A DNA stretch of 64,000 bases from Candidatus Dojkabacteria bacterium (GTDB taxonomy: Bacteria > Patescibacteriota > Dojkabacteria > SC72 > JAFGCJ01): positions 273,777-337,776 of the forward strand of contig JAFGCJ010000002.1 in NCBI GenBank assembly GCA_016932785.1, read 5' to 3'. The position numbers and the translations under genes were made by a program. Below, in pieces: positions 9,171-18,987 of this stretch. Positions within the stretch are counted from its first letter, which is position 1. Every line of letters starts with the position of its first letter. The notes under the pieces are model-generated. The model was not told the DNA's origin and did not search any database. It was given only the letters and a program-made list of their open reading frames with translations.

Positions 9171-9344
9171 AGCTATATAACAACGTTAATGCCAGATTAT
9201 TTCATAAAGATAAGGAATTGTACACCAAAACAACGTTTTTGACCCCTCTTGCTGCCAAAACGCCAGCCATCCCATAGTGTACACTGAGCCCCAAGAATGC
9301 TATAATAGCAGACCTTTTCAATTATTTCATAGATACAAATCAAA

Positions 9345-10865
9345 GTGGCAGAATATGTAATCGCACAACAGATAGATATTCGACCTGAAGCCCCTGTCTT
9401 TGTTATTGCAACAGAAACTCAACCCCTAGAAAGGCCAACTCTTCAAGAAAATCTCGAACAACTTCCCGAGACAGTACGGATAGAATTTTTCAGACAATTA
9501 AGAGAACTTGAAATTGGTCCTCAATGTCATGGTAATTGTCCATTTTGTTGCTGTGAAGACACCCCATATCCTGCAAGTTCACCCATTGCAGCCGAATATC
9601 TTCGCTTCCATGAAATAGATACAGCAATAAGAGAATTGGCCACTATAGATCATGAAACGGGAATATATCTTCCAAGCTTCTTTCTTGGAAGTGATGTACT
9701 GGAGTGGAAAGACCGCCAGTTAACATATCTCGACATACTAAAACTAATACACGATATATACGGACCTGAAGCACTGGCTTATAAATACATATCGACAAGA
9801 GTCCCCGAAGGAACGGAATATCTTGTGGGAGATATTCTTAGGCTGTGTGACGGTCTTCTTAGTTCTCTACGCAACAAAGGGTATGATTATCCCGCATTTA
9901 AATTTGCTATCTCACTCACAAACCACAATGCTGTAAGAATAGCAGGAATAGTTGATTCCCTGCTTTCTGAAGGCATCATCGGCCGAGATGGAATAACTCC
10001 TTCAGGATCCACAGCATTGATACTGAGAAATAGAAGACTTGCCACAAAATCTGACGATGGACTTTCCTCTGTCGCGCCTGAAATAATCGGTGTTATGGGA
10101 GGCCTGCTTGAACCACTAGACGAGCCTCTGATAGGAGGTTCCACGGAAATTCTTAGATTCCCCAATGCCACATTGAGCCTTGATCAGTTTGATCAAGAAG
10201 GGAGACTGGCAGGTCGAAGAATACGAAAAGTTAAGGACGATCGATTCTTCAAACTTACCGGTATTGCCGGAATAGCTGGATCACCTGTAGTAGGATCTGC
10301 CGTACTTCACGACGCCACAATCTGCAATATTATCGAAATGAGCCCTCTGACAAGACAAAGACGCCACGGAGTAAGAACCTACCCTATAAGATTTACAACA
10401 CCAGACGGAAGTATTTTCTACAGAGTACTGCGACGTAGCTCATTAGGTAACGGCTTAATTCCCCAGGTAACAGTTAGTATCTTCGATGAATCAGGTTCAT
10501 TGATCACTTACGGTCCATCAGGTCCATTTCTAAAGTTTATCCCCGAAGAAAATATACTCATGAAGCTATATCAAATCTATGTGAAATCATTTGCCAAGAA
10601 AACTGATGGAATCAGACACCCATCCCGTCATGAACTCGACTTTATACATAGTGCAATAGCAGAAATCCAGAACCCACACAGACCTATGCTAGCGGACTTT
10701 TACCCTACCCCCAAACGTAAAATGCTAAGACTCATGTCAAGAATTCTAAGTGAGGCGATATATCCCTTAGATCCAGACCATACCTCACCTCCTTTGTTAA
10801 CATCGACAGAACAACGCAACCGTATAGAACTTGAATCCATAGTTACGTCACTTTCAAAGCCCTAG
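9345..10865 (+). CDS. hypothetical protein with CxxxCxxC motif (possible divergent radical-SAM-like), G+C-rich
   Basis: 506-aa ORF with a GTG start. An extended -10 (TGcTATAAT, 9298-9306) lies upstream. GPQCHGNCPFCCCED contains C-x3-C-x2-C with an aromatic residue before the last Cys. Confidence 0.55.
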   Translation: MAEYVIAQQIDIRPEAPVFVIATETQPLERPTLQENLEQLPETVRIEFFRQLRELEIGPQCHGNCPFCCCEDTPYPASSPIAAEYLRFHEIDTAIRELATIDHETGIYLPSFFLGSDVLEWKDRQLTYLDILKLIHDIYGPEALAYKYISTRVPEGTEYLVGDILRLCDGLLSSLRNKGYDYPAFKFAISLTNHNAVRIAGIVDSLLSEGIIGRDGITPSGSTALILRNRRLATKSDDGLSSVAPEIIGVMGGLLEPLDEPLIGGSTEILRFPNATLSLDQFDQEGRLAGRRIRKVKDDRFFKLTGIAGIAGSPVVGSAVLHDATICNIIEMSPLTRQRRHGVRTYPIRFTTPDGSIFYRVLRRSSLGNGLIPQVTVSIFDESGSLITYGPSGPFLKFIPEENILMKLYQIYVKSFAKKTDGIRHPSRHELDFIHSAIAEIQNPHRPMLADFYPTPKRKMLRLMSRILSEAIYPLDPDHTSPPLLTSTEQRNRIELESIVTSLSKP

Positions 10866-10919
10866 TAAAACACCAGATTCATCAACACTATTTTCAACAT
10901 TCACAGAAACAATGCTACA

Positions 10920-11702
10920 ATGATTGTGCCTAATGGCATCAACCTAAAAATGACACACGAAACACGTCCCAGAACAGTTAAGATAAATGGTCGCCGCTAC
11001 ACCTACCTAACCCTTGGGGAGCAACAACCACTCATTTTTATTCCCGGATGGTGCGATCAATCAGACGACTATCTTGGACTGATCAAAGAACTATCCAAGA
11101 ACTTCAAAGTTTATGTCCCTGATCTCCCCAATTTTGGAAAATCCAGAACAAAGGAAAAATTTTGTTTTGATACATATTCGAAATTTCTTACCGGCTTCAT
11201 TGAAACGCTCAAAATCAAAAACCCTACCATTGTAGGTTTTTCATTCGGTGGGATAATCGCTGTTGATCTTGCCTATAAAACAGATCTGAAATCAGTATTC
11301 TTAATAAACTCACTGGGGGCACCTGATATGAAACCGAAGCTATTTCTTTTTATTTCTATTCTAGCAAATACTATCCTTGAAATCGGGTCTTCACCAGTAC
11401 ATATGACAAAGATACTCTACCACTGGTTCAGAAACTTCCTTTCAAACGTATGGAGGAGAGATTTCCGGAGCTTCCAGAATCAAATTCTATACACAGGCCA
11501 TCCATCCATTTCCAAAGTTGATGAGAAGATTACAGTTATCTGGTCTATCAATGATGTAATCTTCAAACCCGAATATCCCTTCATTTTAAAAAATTCATTT
11601 CAAAATGCCAGGCTAATTCGCCTGCCCGGAGGTCACTTTGACTGCACCCTAAATCCCAAAAAATACGCAAAAATAATTACCAAAAACGGGTCTGAAAACT
11701 GA
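10920..11702 (+). CDS. alpha/beta hydrolase fold protein
   Basis: IFIPGWCDQSDDY, VPDLPNFGKS and the nucleophile elbow GFSFGG. The start could instead be Met11 (10950). A TGcTACAAT extended -10 lies at about 10907-10915. Confidence 0.7.
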   Translation: MIVPNGINLKMTHETRPRTVKINGRRYTYLTLGEQQPLIFIPGWCDQSDDYLGLIKELSKNFKVYVPDLPNFGKSRTKEKFCFDTYSKFLTGFIETLKIKNPTIVGFSFGGIIAVDLAYKTDLKSVFLINSLGAPDMKPKLFLFISILANTILEIGSSPVHMTKILYHWFRNFLSNVWRRDFRSFQNQILYTGHPSISKVDEKITVIWSINDVIFKPEYPFILKNSFQNARLIRLPGGHFDCTLNPKKYAKIITKNGSEN

Positions 11703-11792
11703 CACCTTTCGAGAAACTCATTTCCAATTTGTCAGCTAAAATAAAAATCTGTATTATGAAACTAAACCCCTTAACTTTTTATCTCCAAATAA

Positions 11793-12038
11793 ATGGCGGA
11801 TGATAATAATTCATCAAGATCGCAAGCACAGAAAAAAGCGCTTAGATCTTTTCTTTTACATCTTATAATTTTTGTCGTGGTAAATCTCATTATCATGATA
11901 ATTCCGGTATTTTATGACGGAAATTTCGACTTTACGTTCGAGGATAGAGGGCCAATGCTTTATGGATCGATTGGCTGGGGACTAGGATTGGCAATTCATG
12001 GAACGGTAGTCCTGGTTGACAGATTGATGAACAAGTAA
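11793..12038 (+). CDS. 2TM domain-containing small membrane protein
   Basis: 81 aa. The pattern LRSFLLHLIIFVVVNLIIMII .. GWGLGLAIHG is typical of the 2TM family. Confidence 0.65.
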   Translation: MADDNNSSRSQAQKKALRSFLLHLIIFVVVNLIIMIIPVFYDGNFDFTFEDRGPMLYGSIGWGLGLAIHGTVVLVDRLMNK

Positions 12039-12079
12039 CGTTCGAACTGTAGATTTTTTAAGTTCACACTGAAAAACGC

Positions 12080-12094
12080 CACCGAAAGGACGGG
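12080..12094. repeat. left arm of an imperfect inverted repeat bracketing the 12.1-13.1 kb G+C-rich cassette
   Basis: CACCGAAAGGACGGG compared with the reverse complement of 13086-13100 (AACCGAAAGGAAGGG): 13/15 identical. It shares the AACCGAA core with the 6980/8013 pair. Confidence 0.6.
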
Positions 12095-12115
12095 CATATC
12101 CGTGGAGCGGATATG

Positions 12116-12148
12116 AATACCATATTAGGGGGATGGTATTGCGTTTTT
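12116..12148 (+). terminator. rho-independent terminator after the 2TM gene
   Basis: AATACCAT / ATGGTATT stem followed by GCGTTTTTAT. It is preceded by a second 8-bp hairpin, CATATCCG / CGGATATG (12095-12115). Confidence 0.6.
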
Positions 12149-12172
12149 ATGTCGGAGAGACAGCTTTCAGCT

Positions 12173-13066
12173 TCATTGATTCTGCAGAGCTGGATACTGC
12201 TCCCTCACTGTTTCTTGCCAGATTCCATAGGAATCGTGTTCCTTGAATCCTATGGGAATCCCGTACTCATCTACTTCAGCCTCTTGAGCAAACTCTCCGA
12301 AGAGCTGAGTCCACTCTTTTTGCACAGAGACCCACATAGCATCCTGTTCTGGTTCTCCGTAACCTTTGAAATACCAGAACATCTGAATCCACTGGGCCTC
12401 TGCTTCCATCTCTGGAAGTTTTTTCTTGAGAGTGGAGATCGCACGATCACCAAACTCTTGAGATCCAATGCCTCCGACCTCCTGCTCCAGATCTGAATAG
12501 ATCTGAGAAATTTGCCGTAGATGGATGTACTCCTGGGTCAAACACGACCAGGAGTTTGGGCTCTCCAAGAGAGCCGGATAGACATTCAAATCGAAGCGGA
12601 GAACTTTATAGCTCCCCACAATAACAATCTCTATGGGGTCGATCTCTACTTGAACTGCTCTCTTAGGCACAGGCTGATATACAACTGTCATCATCTGTGC
12701 TTTCCAGAATCCTTCATCGCCAAGGCTCATGACGCTTTGATGATCCTGATCACGAGCCTGTTGAAGAAATTCCTCTGAGGCCAATGAAGCCAAGCGTGGG
12801 ATATCTTCCCTCTTGGCCGTCTTTTCGAGGAGCTCTAAGAATTGCTCCTTCATTTCGCCCACAGGAACAGATGACGCAACTACCTCCTCAGATGGTACAG
12901 AAGTGTCCGTCGGGCTAAAGACAACAGTCGGCTCGATTGTCACAGTCTCGGGTCTCGATGACCCGGCTGTAACAAACCCAGCCGCGACTAGCAAGATAAC
13001 AACCACGAGTATTCCCAAAACGCGCAAGTTTCTTTTCTTCCTTGTCTTCTTTGACATTTTTATCAT
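12173..13066 (-). CDS. membrane-anchored hypothetical protein (G+C-rich ORFan)
   Basis: 297-aa ORF with a basic N-terminus and TM (VLGILVVVILLVAAGFV). Five alternate-frame shadow ORFs in the track indicate elevated G+C. Confidence 0.6.
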   Translation of the reverse strand: MIKMSKKTRKKRNLRVLGILVVVILLVAAGFVTAGSSRPETVTIEPTVVFSPTDTSVPSEEVVASSVPVGEMKEQFLELLEKTAKREDIPRLASLASEEFLQQARDQDHQSVMSLGDEGFWKAQMMTVVYQPVPKRAVQVEIDPIEIVIVGSYKVLRFDLNVYPALLESPNSWSCLTQEYIHLRQISQIYSDLEQEVGGIGSQEFGDRAISTLKKKLPEMEAEAQWIQMFWYFKGYGEPEQDAMWVSVQKEWTQLFGEFAQEAEVDEYGIPIGFKEHDSYGIWQETVREQYPALQNQ

Positions 13067-13085
13067 TCCCCCAACACAATTTTTT

Positions 13086-13100
13086 CCCTTCCTTTCGGTT
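13086..13100. repeat. right arm of the inverted repeat
   Basis: CCCTTCCTTTCGGTT followed by TTTTAATG. This has the same ..TTCGGTTTTT..AA context as 8013-8034. Confidence 0.6.
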
Positions 13101-13330
13101 TTTTAATGAACTTGAGGCCCATAGAGGGCACTCTTCAGTCATATTATAGCCCACAGTCCACAATGAAGTAAAACCCATTAACAAAAGGAAAATCGTCAAG
13201 AACAGACATCAAAATTTTCTACAAATTCTGTTTTCATGATCTCACACCACATCAGTTAGATCACTTTTCCTATAACAATTCGTATGCAATAATGTATAAG
13301 ACCTCGAATATATTTTAATATCAAATCATC

Positions 13331-13819
13331 ATGCCTAAATCCAAAAAGAAATCCTCCTCAAAAACAGAAGACAAAATTGAAAAGAAAATTTCAGAGGCAA
13401 TAACCCGGAATGCTCCCAAAATTCTAGACGCGCTAATACCCACGATTCTTTTTCCCATCGTATACCTGCTTTTAAATAAATACTACAGAGACATAAAACT
13501 ATTTAACGAGAACTTCAGAGATATTCTTCCCCTTATTAATTTCTCCTTCCTCGCGGGTTTCGTGTTAAGCTTCACTCGACTATTTTTCTGGAATGATAAG
13601 TACAAAAGGATAACAACTATCGCAAGTAATCTTATTTTCCTTTACGTCAATTATCATGTCTGGAATATTTTTCCCTTTGATACCTCAGTAATAGGCAATC
13701 CCAAAACATGGGACACGGTGTTCAGGGTTTTAATGGTAATTGTTACCGTAGCATCAATTTTCGGTACTTTTGCAGAACTCGTAAGGCTTATGACCCCGAA
13801 GGAAGAAGAAAAGAAATAG
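13331..13819 (+). CDS. hypothetical 4-TM membrane protein
   Basis: 162-aa ORF with a Lys-rich N-terminus and several hydrophobic helices. No motif recognised. Confidence 0.5.
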   Translation: MPKSKKKSSSKTEDKIEKKISEAITRNAPKILDALIPTILFPIVYLLLNKYYRDIKLFNENFRDILPLINFSFLAGFVLSFTRLFFWNDKYKRITTIASNLIFLYVNYHVWNIFPFDTSVIGNPKTWDTVFRVLMVIVTVASIFGTFAELVRLMTPKEEEKK

Positions 13820-14190
13820 AGGAGAATAGTACTTACGCAATTTTTTACTCTCCTTAGCCGACAAGCAAGTATCTACACACAAGTGAAAATAAAGCATTAG
13901 TGACCATTATTAATACTCCAAGGGCCAAGGGTATTTTATAAATATCTCCTTTCATATTTCTGCTGTATAAATTTATCATCGGAATTGAACGATTACTCAT
14001 ATAGATACGTGAACCGACCCCAAAAGCAACCAACTCCTCAGTACATACGCCCTCGAACACACCAAAAGTCACCTACTCGTCAAACTCCTGACATTTACGC
14101 TCAACCATTATTGTGGTAACATGCCCAGGGTCATTTTCGGACAAGAATAATGACTTTACACGAAAAACTTGAATTTTTTACTACACAAAC

Positions 14191-17100
14191 TTGACTCTAG
14201 CATTAATATCGTTCGCAATATTCTTCATAATAAGCGCCATTATTCTTGTGACGGCCTATTTCAGTCCAATTCCAAGAAAAATAGGCTTCAGAAATATTAG
14301 GCGACGTTTCGGTAATACTGTTCTTGTTGTTATTGGCTCACTTGTTGGTGCCGCTCTAATTTCTGGATCACTTGTTCTATCGGACTCTCTAGACAAAACG
14401 TTTGTAGATATTGTTCACAGAATGATCGGAGAACAGGATGCAGAGATTACCCTCAGCGAGAAAGCCTACAGCAACAAACCACTACCCTACTTAGCTGAAG
14501 AAGAGACCGAAGAGATAAAGGATATGCTGGATATCGATGAAGTTGATGGAGTTTTCACTTCGCTTGCTATTAGAACCTCGCCACAGAAAATTAACGACGA
14601 GGGAGAACCAGTTATCAACACCTATCAAATACGTATAGACGGAGTTGACATGGAATCTCTAAAGAAGTTTGGGGAGTCCCCGGTCGAATTAGTCGATATC
14701 AAGGACAATGAAGTTCTTATTTCAAAACCTCTTGCCAAGAAACTTGAGCTTTCTGTCGGAGACACAATCCGTGCACCTTATGGTCCGCTTAGTATCGACT
14801 TCAAAGTAAAGAAAATATATGAAGAAAACGGACTTATTGATGGTTGGAGAATAATAACCACCAACAAATATCTAACCTCTCAGCTTGGAATTCCAAAAGA
14901 CTCCTACAATACAATTGTTATTTCCGCTAAAGGTGGAATCGAACCGGAGAACTACGATGGACCAGAATTTGAAAAAACTTTGGAAAAGGCCCTTGAGGAT
15001 TTCGACTCAGATACCTACGAACTCTCAGTTATGGAGTGGAAAAAAGAAGCCCTTGAAGGCTATGGAATGAAAACCTTCGTAATAATGTTTATTGTGCTTA
15101 GCTTTTTCGGAGTATTTTCCGGTATTTTGCTCATAGTTAATCTTTACTCAATGCTTGCCGAAGAACGTAAACGCGAAATGGGGATCCTGAGAGCCATAGC
15201 CCTCACAAGACTTCAACTGACGAAAACATTTATATATGAAGGGTTTCTCTACACTCTTATTTCGTCCGCAATAGGATCAATCCTCGGAGTTGGAATCGGC
15301 TATATATTGGTACACAGTCTCGACCAGATGTTTGCGAAAATGATGTCATTGACAGGAGGAGAAGACCTCTTCAAACTTTCATTCGGCTTCAAATGGCAAA
15401 GTCTCCTTATCGCTTTCAGCGCGGGCTTTCTCTTTACAATTGTAACTGCCATTCTCTCCAGCTACAAAATAAGCAAATTAAGTATTGTAACTGCAATAAA
15501 AGACATCAAAGAAAAAGCAGATCTTCAAATCGGATGCAAATGGATTGCAAAAACATTCGTTTATGGTCTAGGACTATTTTCAAGTCTGCTTTTTACTCTT
15601 TCCTTCTTTGTTATTAGAACATTTATGGATGAAGGAAGAAATCAGGATGGAAATCCGCTTGCCGAAATGACAACCAGCAACTATAACGATACGGTAGATT
15701 TAATACAGGCCCACGTCCTTTATATAGGTATTCAGTTAACACTTGCACTGGGAGTAATGTTCATTAACAGGATCGCAAAGGCGCTATTAAAAAAGGATAT
15801 TGACAGAGTAACAGTAACAATAGCTTCCCTTTCAAACATAGCAATCACAGCATCTATGATAACCCTAGATTCCTTCAGATCAGCTTTTATGCAGGATGCC
15901 GGAACAGCATTATTTTTCATTCTAAGTGTATCTCTGGTGATATCACTTGCCCTAGCTGTTACGTATAACCTGAATATCATTTCGACAATTCTCGGCTACC
16001 CTCTTCGGAGAATAGGCAGTCTCAGATCGGTTGTGAGAATGGCGTTTCGTTATCCAGCTGAAAATATTAAGAGAACGGGAATTACTTTAGTTATGTTTGC
16101 CCTTATAATTTTCTTAATTGCCTATGTAAGCATGGTAAAGGCAACGGTGGATCAAGAGACAAGAAAAATGCTACTTAACACTCTTGGCGGATACGACCTG
16201 ATAATAATTCCCGGTCCTGACACAACAATGCAACAAACAGACCAGATTATCGAAGATCTAGAAGATTTAAAGGATGTTGACAGAGTATCAAAGATGGGAC
16301 AAACCGTTGTTGTTTTACCTCAGTACAAATATAAGGACTTGGAGGAGGCACAGTATTGGGGAGATCCTTCACAAACACCAAGTCATTCGGAGGAAGATAG
16401 TTTCCGCTCCTACTATAGCAGTCTTCCTGAAGATTTCATTAAGAAAGCAAGAATTTCGTTATCTGAACGGGCAAAAGGATATGAAACCGACGAAGAGGTC
16501 TGGGATAAGGTTATTGAAGACAGCTCTAAGATTGTCCTGGGAGATGCATTTGCGGCAACGCAAGGCTTTGGACAACAGCCGAAAATCTCTGTCGGAGACA
16601 AGGTAATTGTTTCCGATCTTTTCGAGCAAAAAGATATTGAGAAGGAAGTTATTGGAATAGTAAAAGCTCAAGAAGGAGGAAGTCCGTCAGCTAGCTTCTC
16701 ACCTTACATTATAACTACCAACAAGCACGTAGAGGAAGAATTCGATGAGAATTATTTAAATCGATATTCTGCAAAAAGTCTTCTAGCCGCTTTTAATGGA
16801 GATAACACTATCGAGAAGACAAATTCTATAAAAAAAGAGCTAATTAGTTACAATATATCAATGATAATGAATATTGATGATATGACAGAAACAGCTATTT
16901 CTTTTATAAATTCAATGATGATACTTCTCCAGGGATTCCTCGCATTCTGCCTGATAGTAGGAACTTCAGGACTTGCAATAATAATAACCAGAGCAGTACA
17001 CGAAAGACGGCAGCAAATAGGAATGATGCGTAGTCTTGGGTTCCAAAGGTGGATGATACTTGCAAGTTTCTTTATTGAGTCAACCTTCATAACAATGCTA

Positions 17101-17316
17101 GGAATAGTGATAGGACTTTCAACAGGGACTATCGGTGCTCTCATCTCCTTCGAAGTAGCATACCAGGATCAACCTGACGTTTCACCGGTATTTCCCATCC
17201 GGGAAATAGCACTAATTTGTCTGTTTGTTTACATAGCATCCATGCTGTTTGCTATCCTTCCTTCAATAAAAGCCGCTCGTTTGAGTCCGGTTGAAGCAAC
17301 TGACTATCCAGAATAA
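14191..17316 (+). CDS. ABC transporter permease, MacB/FtsX family with two FtsX modules and large extracytoplasmic domains
   Basis: 1041 aa with a TTG start. N-terminal FRNIRRRFGNTVLVVIGSLVGAALI and internal AFRYPAENIKRTGITLVMFALIIF are typical FtsX-type starts. EERKREMGILRAIALTR and HERRQQIGMMRSLGFQR are the conserved intracellular loops. Confidence 0.85.
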   Translation: MTLALISFAIFFIISAIILVTAYFSPIPRKIGFRNIRRRFGNTVLVVIGSLVGAALISGSLVLSDSLDKTFVDIVHRMIGEQDAEITLSEKAYSNKPLPYLAEEETEEIKDMLDIDEVDGVFTSLAIRTSPQKINDEGEPVINTYQIRIDGVDMESLKKFGESPVELVDIKDNEVLISKPLAKKLELSVGDTIRAPYGPLSIDFKVKKIYEENGLIDGWRIITTNKYLTSQLGIPKDSYNTIVISAKGGIEPENYDGPEFEKTLEKALEDFDSDTYELSVMEWKKEALEGYGMKTFVIMFIVLSFFGVFSGILLIVNLYSMLAEERKREMGILRAIALTRLQLTKTFIYEGFLYTLISSAIGSILGVGIGYILVHSLDQMFAKMMSLTGGEDLFKLSFGFKWQSLLIAFSAGFLFTIVTAILSSYKISKLSIVTAIKDIKEKADLQIGCKWIAKTFVYGLGLFSSLLFTLSFFVIRTFMDEGRNQDGNPLAEMTTSNYNDTVDLIQAHVLYIGIQLTLALGVMFINRIAKALLKKDIDRVTVTIASLSNIAITASMITLDSFRSAFMQDAGTALFFILSVSLVISLALAVTYNLNIISTILGYPLRRIGSLRSVVRMAFRYPAENIKRTGITLVMFALIIFLIAYVSMVKATVDQETRKMLLNTLGGYDLIIIPGPDTTMQQTDQIIEDLEDLKDVDRVSKMGQTVVVLPQYKYKDLEEAQYWGDPSQTPSHSEEDSFRSYYSSLPEDFIKKARISLSERAKGYETDEEVWDKVIEDSSKIVLGDAFAATQGFGQQPKISVGDKVIVSDLFEQKDIEKEVIGIVKAQEGGSPSASFSPYIITTNKHVEEEFDENYLNRYSAKSLLAAFNGDNTIEKTNSIKKELISYNISMIMNIDDMTETAISFINSMMILLQGFLAFCLIVGTSGLAIIITRAVHERRQQIGMMRSLGFQRWMILASFFIESTFITMLGIVIGLSTGTIGALISFEVAYQDQPDVSPVFPIREIALICLFVYIASMLFAILPSIKAARLSPVEATDYPE

Positions 17317-17342
17317 AAATTATAAATTTAGATTTAATAAAA

Positions 17343-18026
17343 ATGAGTAAAAAAGAGAAAATTGTAGATGCAAAAAACCTCAAAAAAATCTACAACCAAG
17401 GTCATCCCAATGAAGTGCAAGCTCTCAAGGGTATCGACCTTACAGTTGATAAAGGAGAAACAATGACAATAATGGGTCCATCCGGTTCCGGGAAAACTAC
17501 ACTACTCAACTGTATTTCAGGTATCGACGAGGCTACATCCGGTGAGATTTTCGTTGCTGGAAAAGACCTCCAGAAAATGAAAGACGGTGAAAAAACAAGG
17601 TACAGAGCCAAAAATATGGGCTTTATTTTCCAGACCTTCAACCTTATACCTGTACTAACCGCAGTAGAAAATGTCGAAATGCCCCTTCTTGTTACAGGCG
17701 TAAAGGCAAAAGAAGCACGCGAGCGTTCACTAGAGATGCTAAAAATTGTTGGACTTGAGGATCGGGCAGAGCACAAACCATCTGAACTTTCAGGAGGTCA
17801 GGTCCAAAGAGTTACAATCGCCAGATCTCTTGTTCACAGGCCGGCAATAGTCTGGGCTGACGAACCTACAGGAAATCTCGACAGTAAAACAGCTCACAGC
17901 GTCTTCGATTTAATGCTCGAACTCAACGATAAGTACAATGAAACTTTCGTTGTAGTGACCCACGATGAGGAAATTGCAAAGAAAACCCAGCGAATAGTAA
18001 ATATCGACAGCGGTAAACTCGTATAG
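17343..18026 (+). CDS. ABC transporter ATP-binding protein (MacB/LolD-like)
   Basis: Walker A GPSGSGKTTLLN, signature LSGGQVQRVTIARSL, Walker B IVWADEPTGNLD. It lies 26 nt after the permease. Confidence 0.92.
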   Translation: MSKKEKIVDAKNLKKIYNQGHPNEVQALKGIDLTVDKGETMTIMGPSGSGKTTLLNCISGIDEATSGEIFVAGKDLQKMKDGEKTRYRAKNMGFIFQTFNLIPVLTAVENVEMPLLVTGVKAKEARERSLEMLKIVGLEDRAEHKPSELSGGQVQRVTIARSLVHRPAIVWADEPTGNLDSKTAHSVFDLMLELNDKYNETFVVVTHDEEIAKKTQRIVNIDSGKLV

Positions 18027-18138
18027 CACGATAGTATCTTTACAAATATTTTCCGCAAAAATTTTCTAGAGGTTGTTGACGTAGATTAAACAAAACTACG
18101 ATAATAAACCGAATATAAGAAATGTCTTTACTAACTGG

Positions 18139-18987
18139 ATGAAAATAAACCAAACTAAAGTACATGGACAAACCATAGAATACTACGATCAGGGAATTGG
18201 AGATACTCTACTGATGATTCATGGTCTTCTTAATGCTAAGGAGGGACTAGAACCTTCGGCGGACATACTATCCAAGAATTTCAGGATAATAGTACCTGAC
18301 TTACCCGGTTACGGCGGATCAGACCAATTTCTAGAAGGTGAATCCCACGAGGAATTTGCAGACTTTCTATCAGACTTTATTGAAGAGCTTTCACTATCCC
18401 ACATACACATACTTGGAACGTCGTTTGGAGGCACAATCGCAATAGATTTTGCCTCAAGATATCCTCAAAAAACAAACAAACTAATTCTTCGTGCTCCTCT
18501 CTACGACAGCAACCAGATCCCGAAAATGATTAGCAACGACATTTCAAAATCACTCATAAAAAACATAACCAAACCCGTCATACTTCAGAAACATATTGCC
18601 AGAATCGTCTGCAAAATTTACGCAGATGTTGTAGAGAAAAAGACATCCGACCTCCAAGACCAAAATTCCTCTGAAGTACTCCAGAAAACAACCAACATAT
18701 GGCTTAACAGAATGAATGACGAAAGGGTCAGAGAAATGATGAGAAATATTCTAATAAACCTTTTATACATAGACCTAAGACCGCAGATTAAACAGATCAC
18801 CAATGAGACACTGATTCTCTGGAAAAAAGGTGACCATTTCGTAGGAGAATCGGGAGAAGAGCTGCATAAAATCTTGAAAAACTCGAAGTACCTTGAAATG
18901 CATGGCAAATACCACGCAATGATCAATGACAACATAGATGTACTAACCAGACGCATAACAGATTTTCTTAATGAACAAAACAAGTAA
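18139..18987 (+). CDS. alpha/beta hydrolase fold protein
   Basis: LLMIHGLLN, VPDLPGYGGSD, nucleophile elbow GTSFGG. Confidence 0.7.
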   Translation: MKINQTKVHGQTIEYYDQGIGDTLLMIHGLLNAKEGLEPSADILSKNFRIIVPDLPGYGGSDQFLEGESHEEFADFLSDFIEELSLSHIHILGTSFGGTIAIDFASRYPQKTNKLILRAPLYDSNQIPKMISNDISKSLIKNITKPVILQKHIARIVCKIYADVVEKKTSDLQDQNSSEVLQKTTNIWLNRMNDERVREMMRNILINLLYIDLRPQIKQITNETLILWKKGDHFVGESGEELHKILKNSKYLEMHGKYHAMINDNIDVLTRRITDFLNEQNK

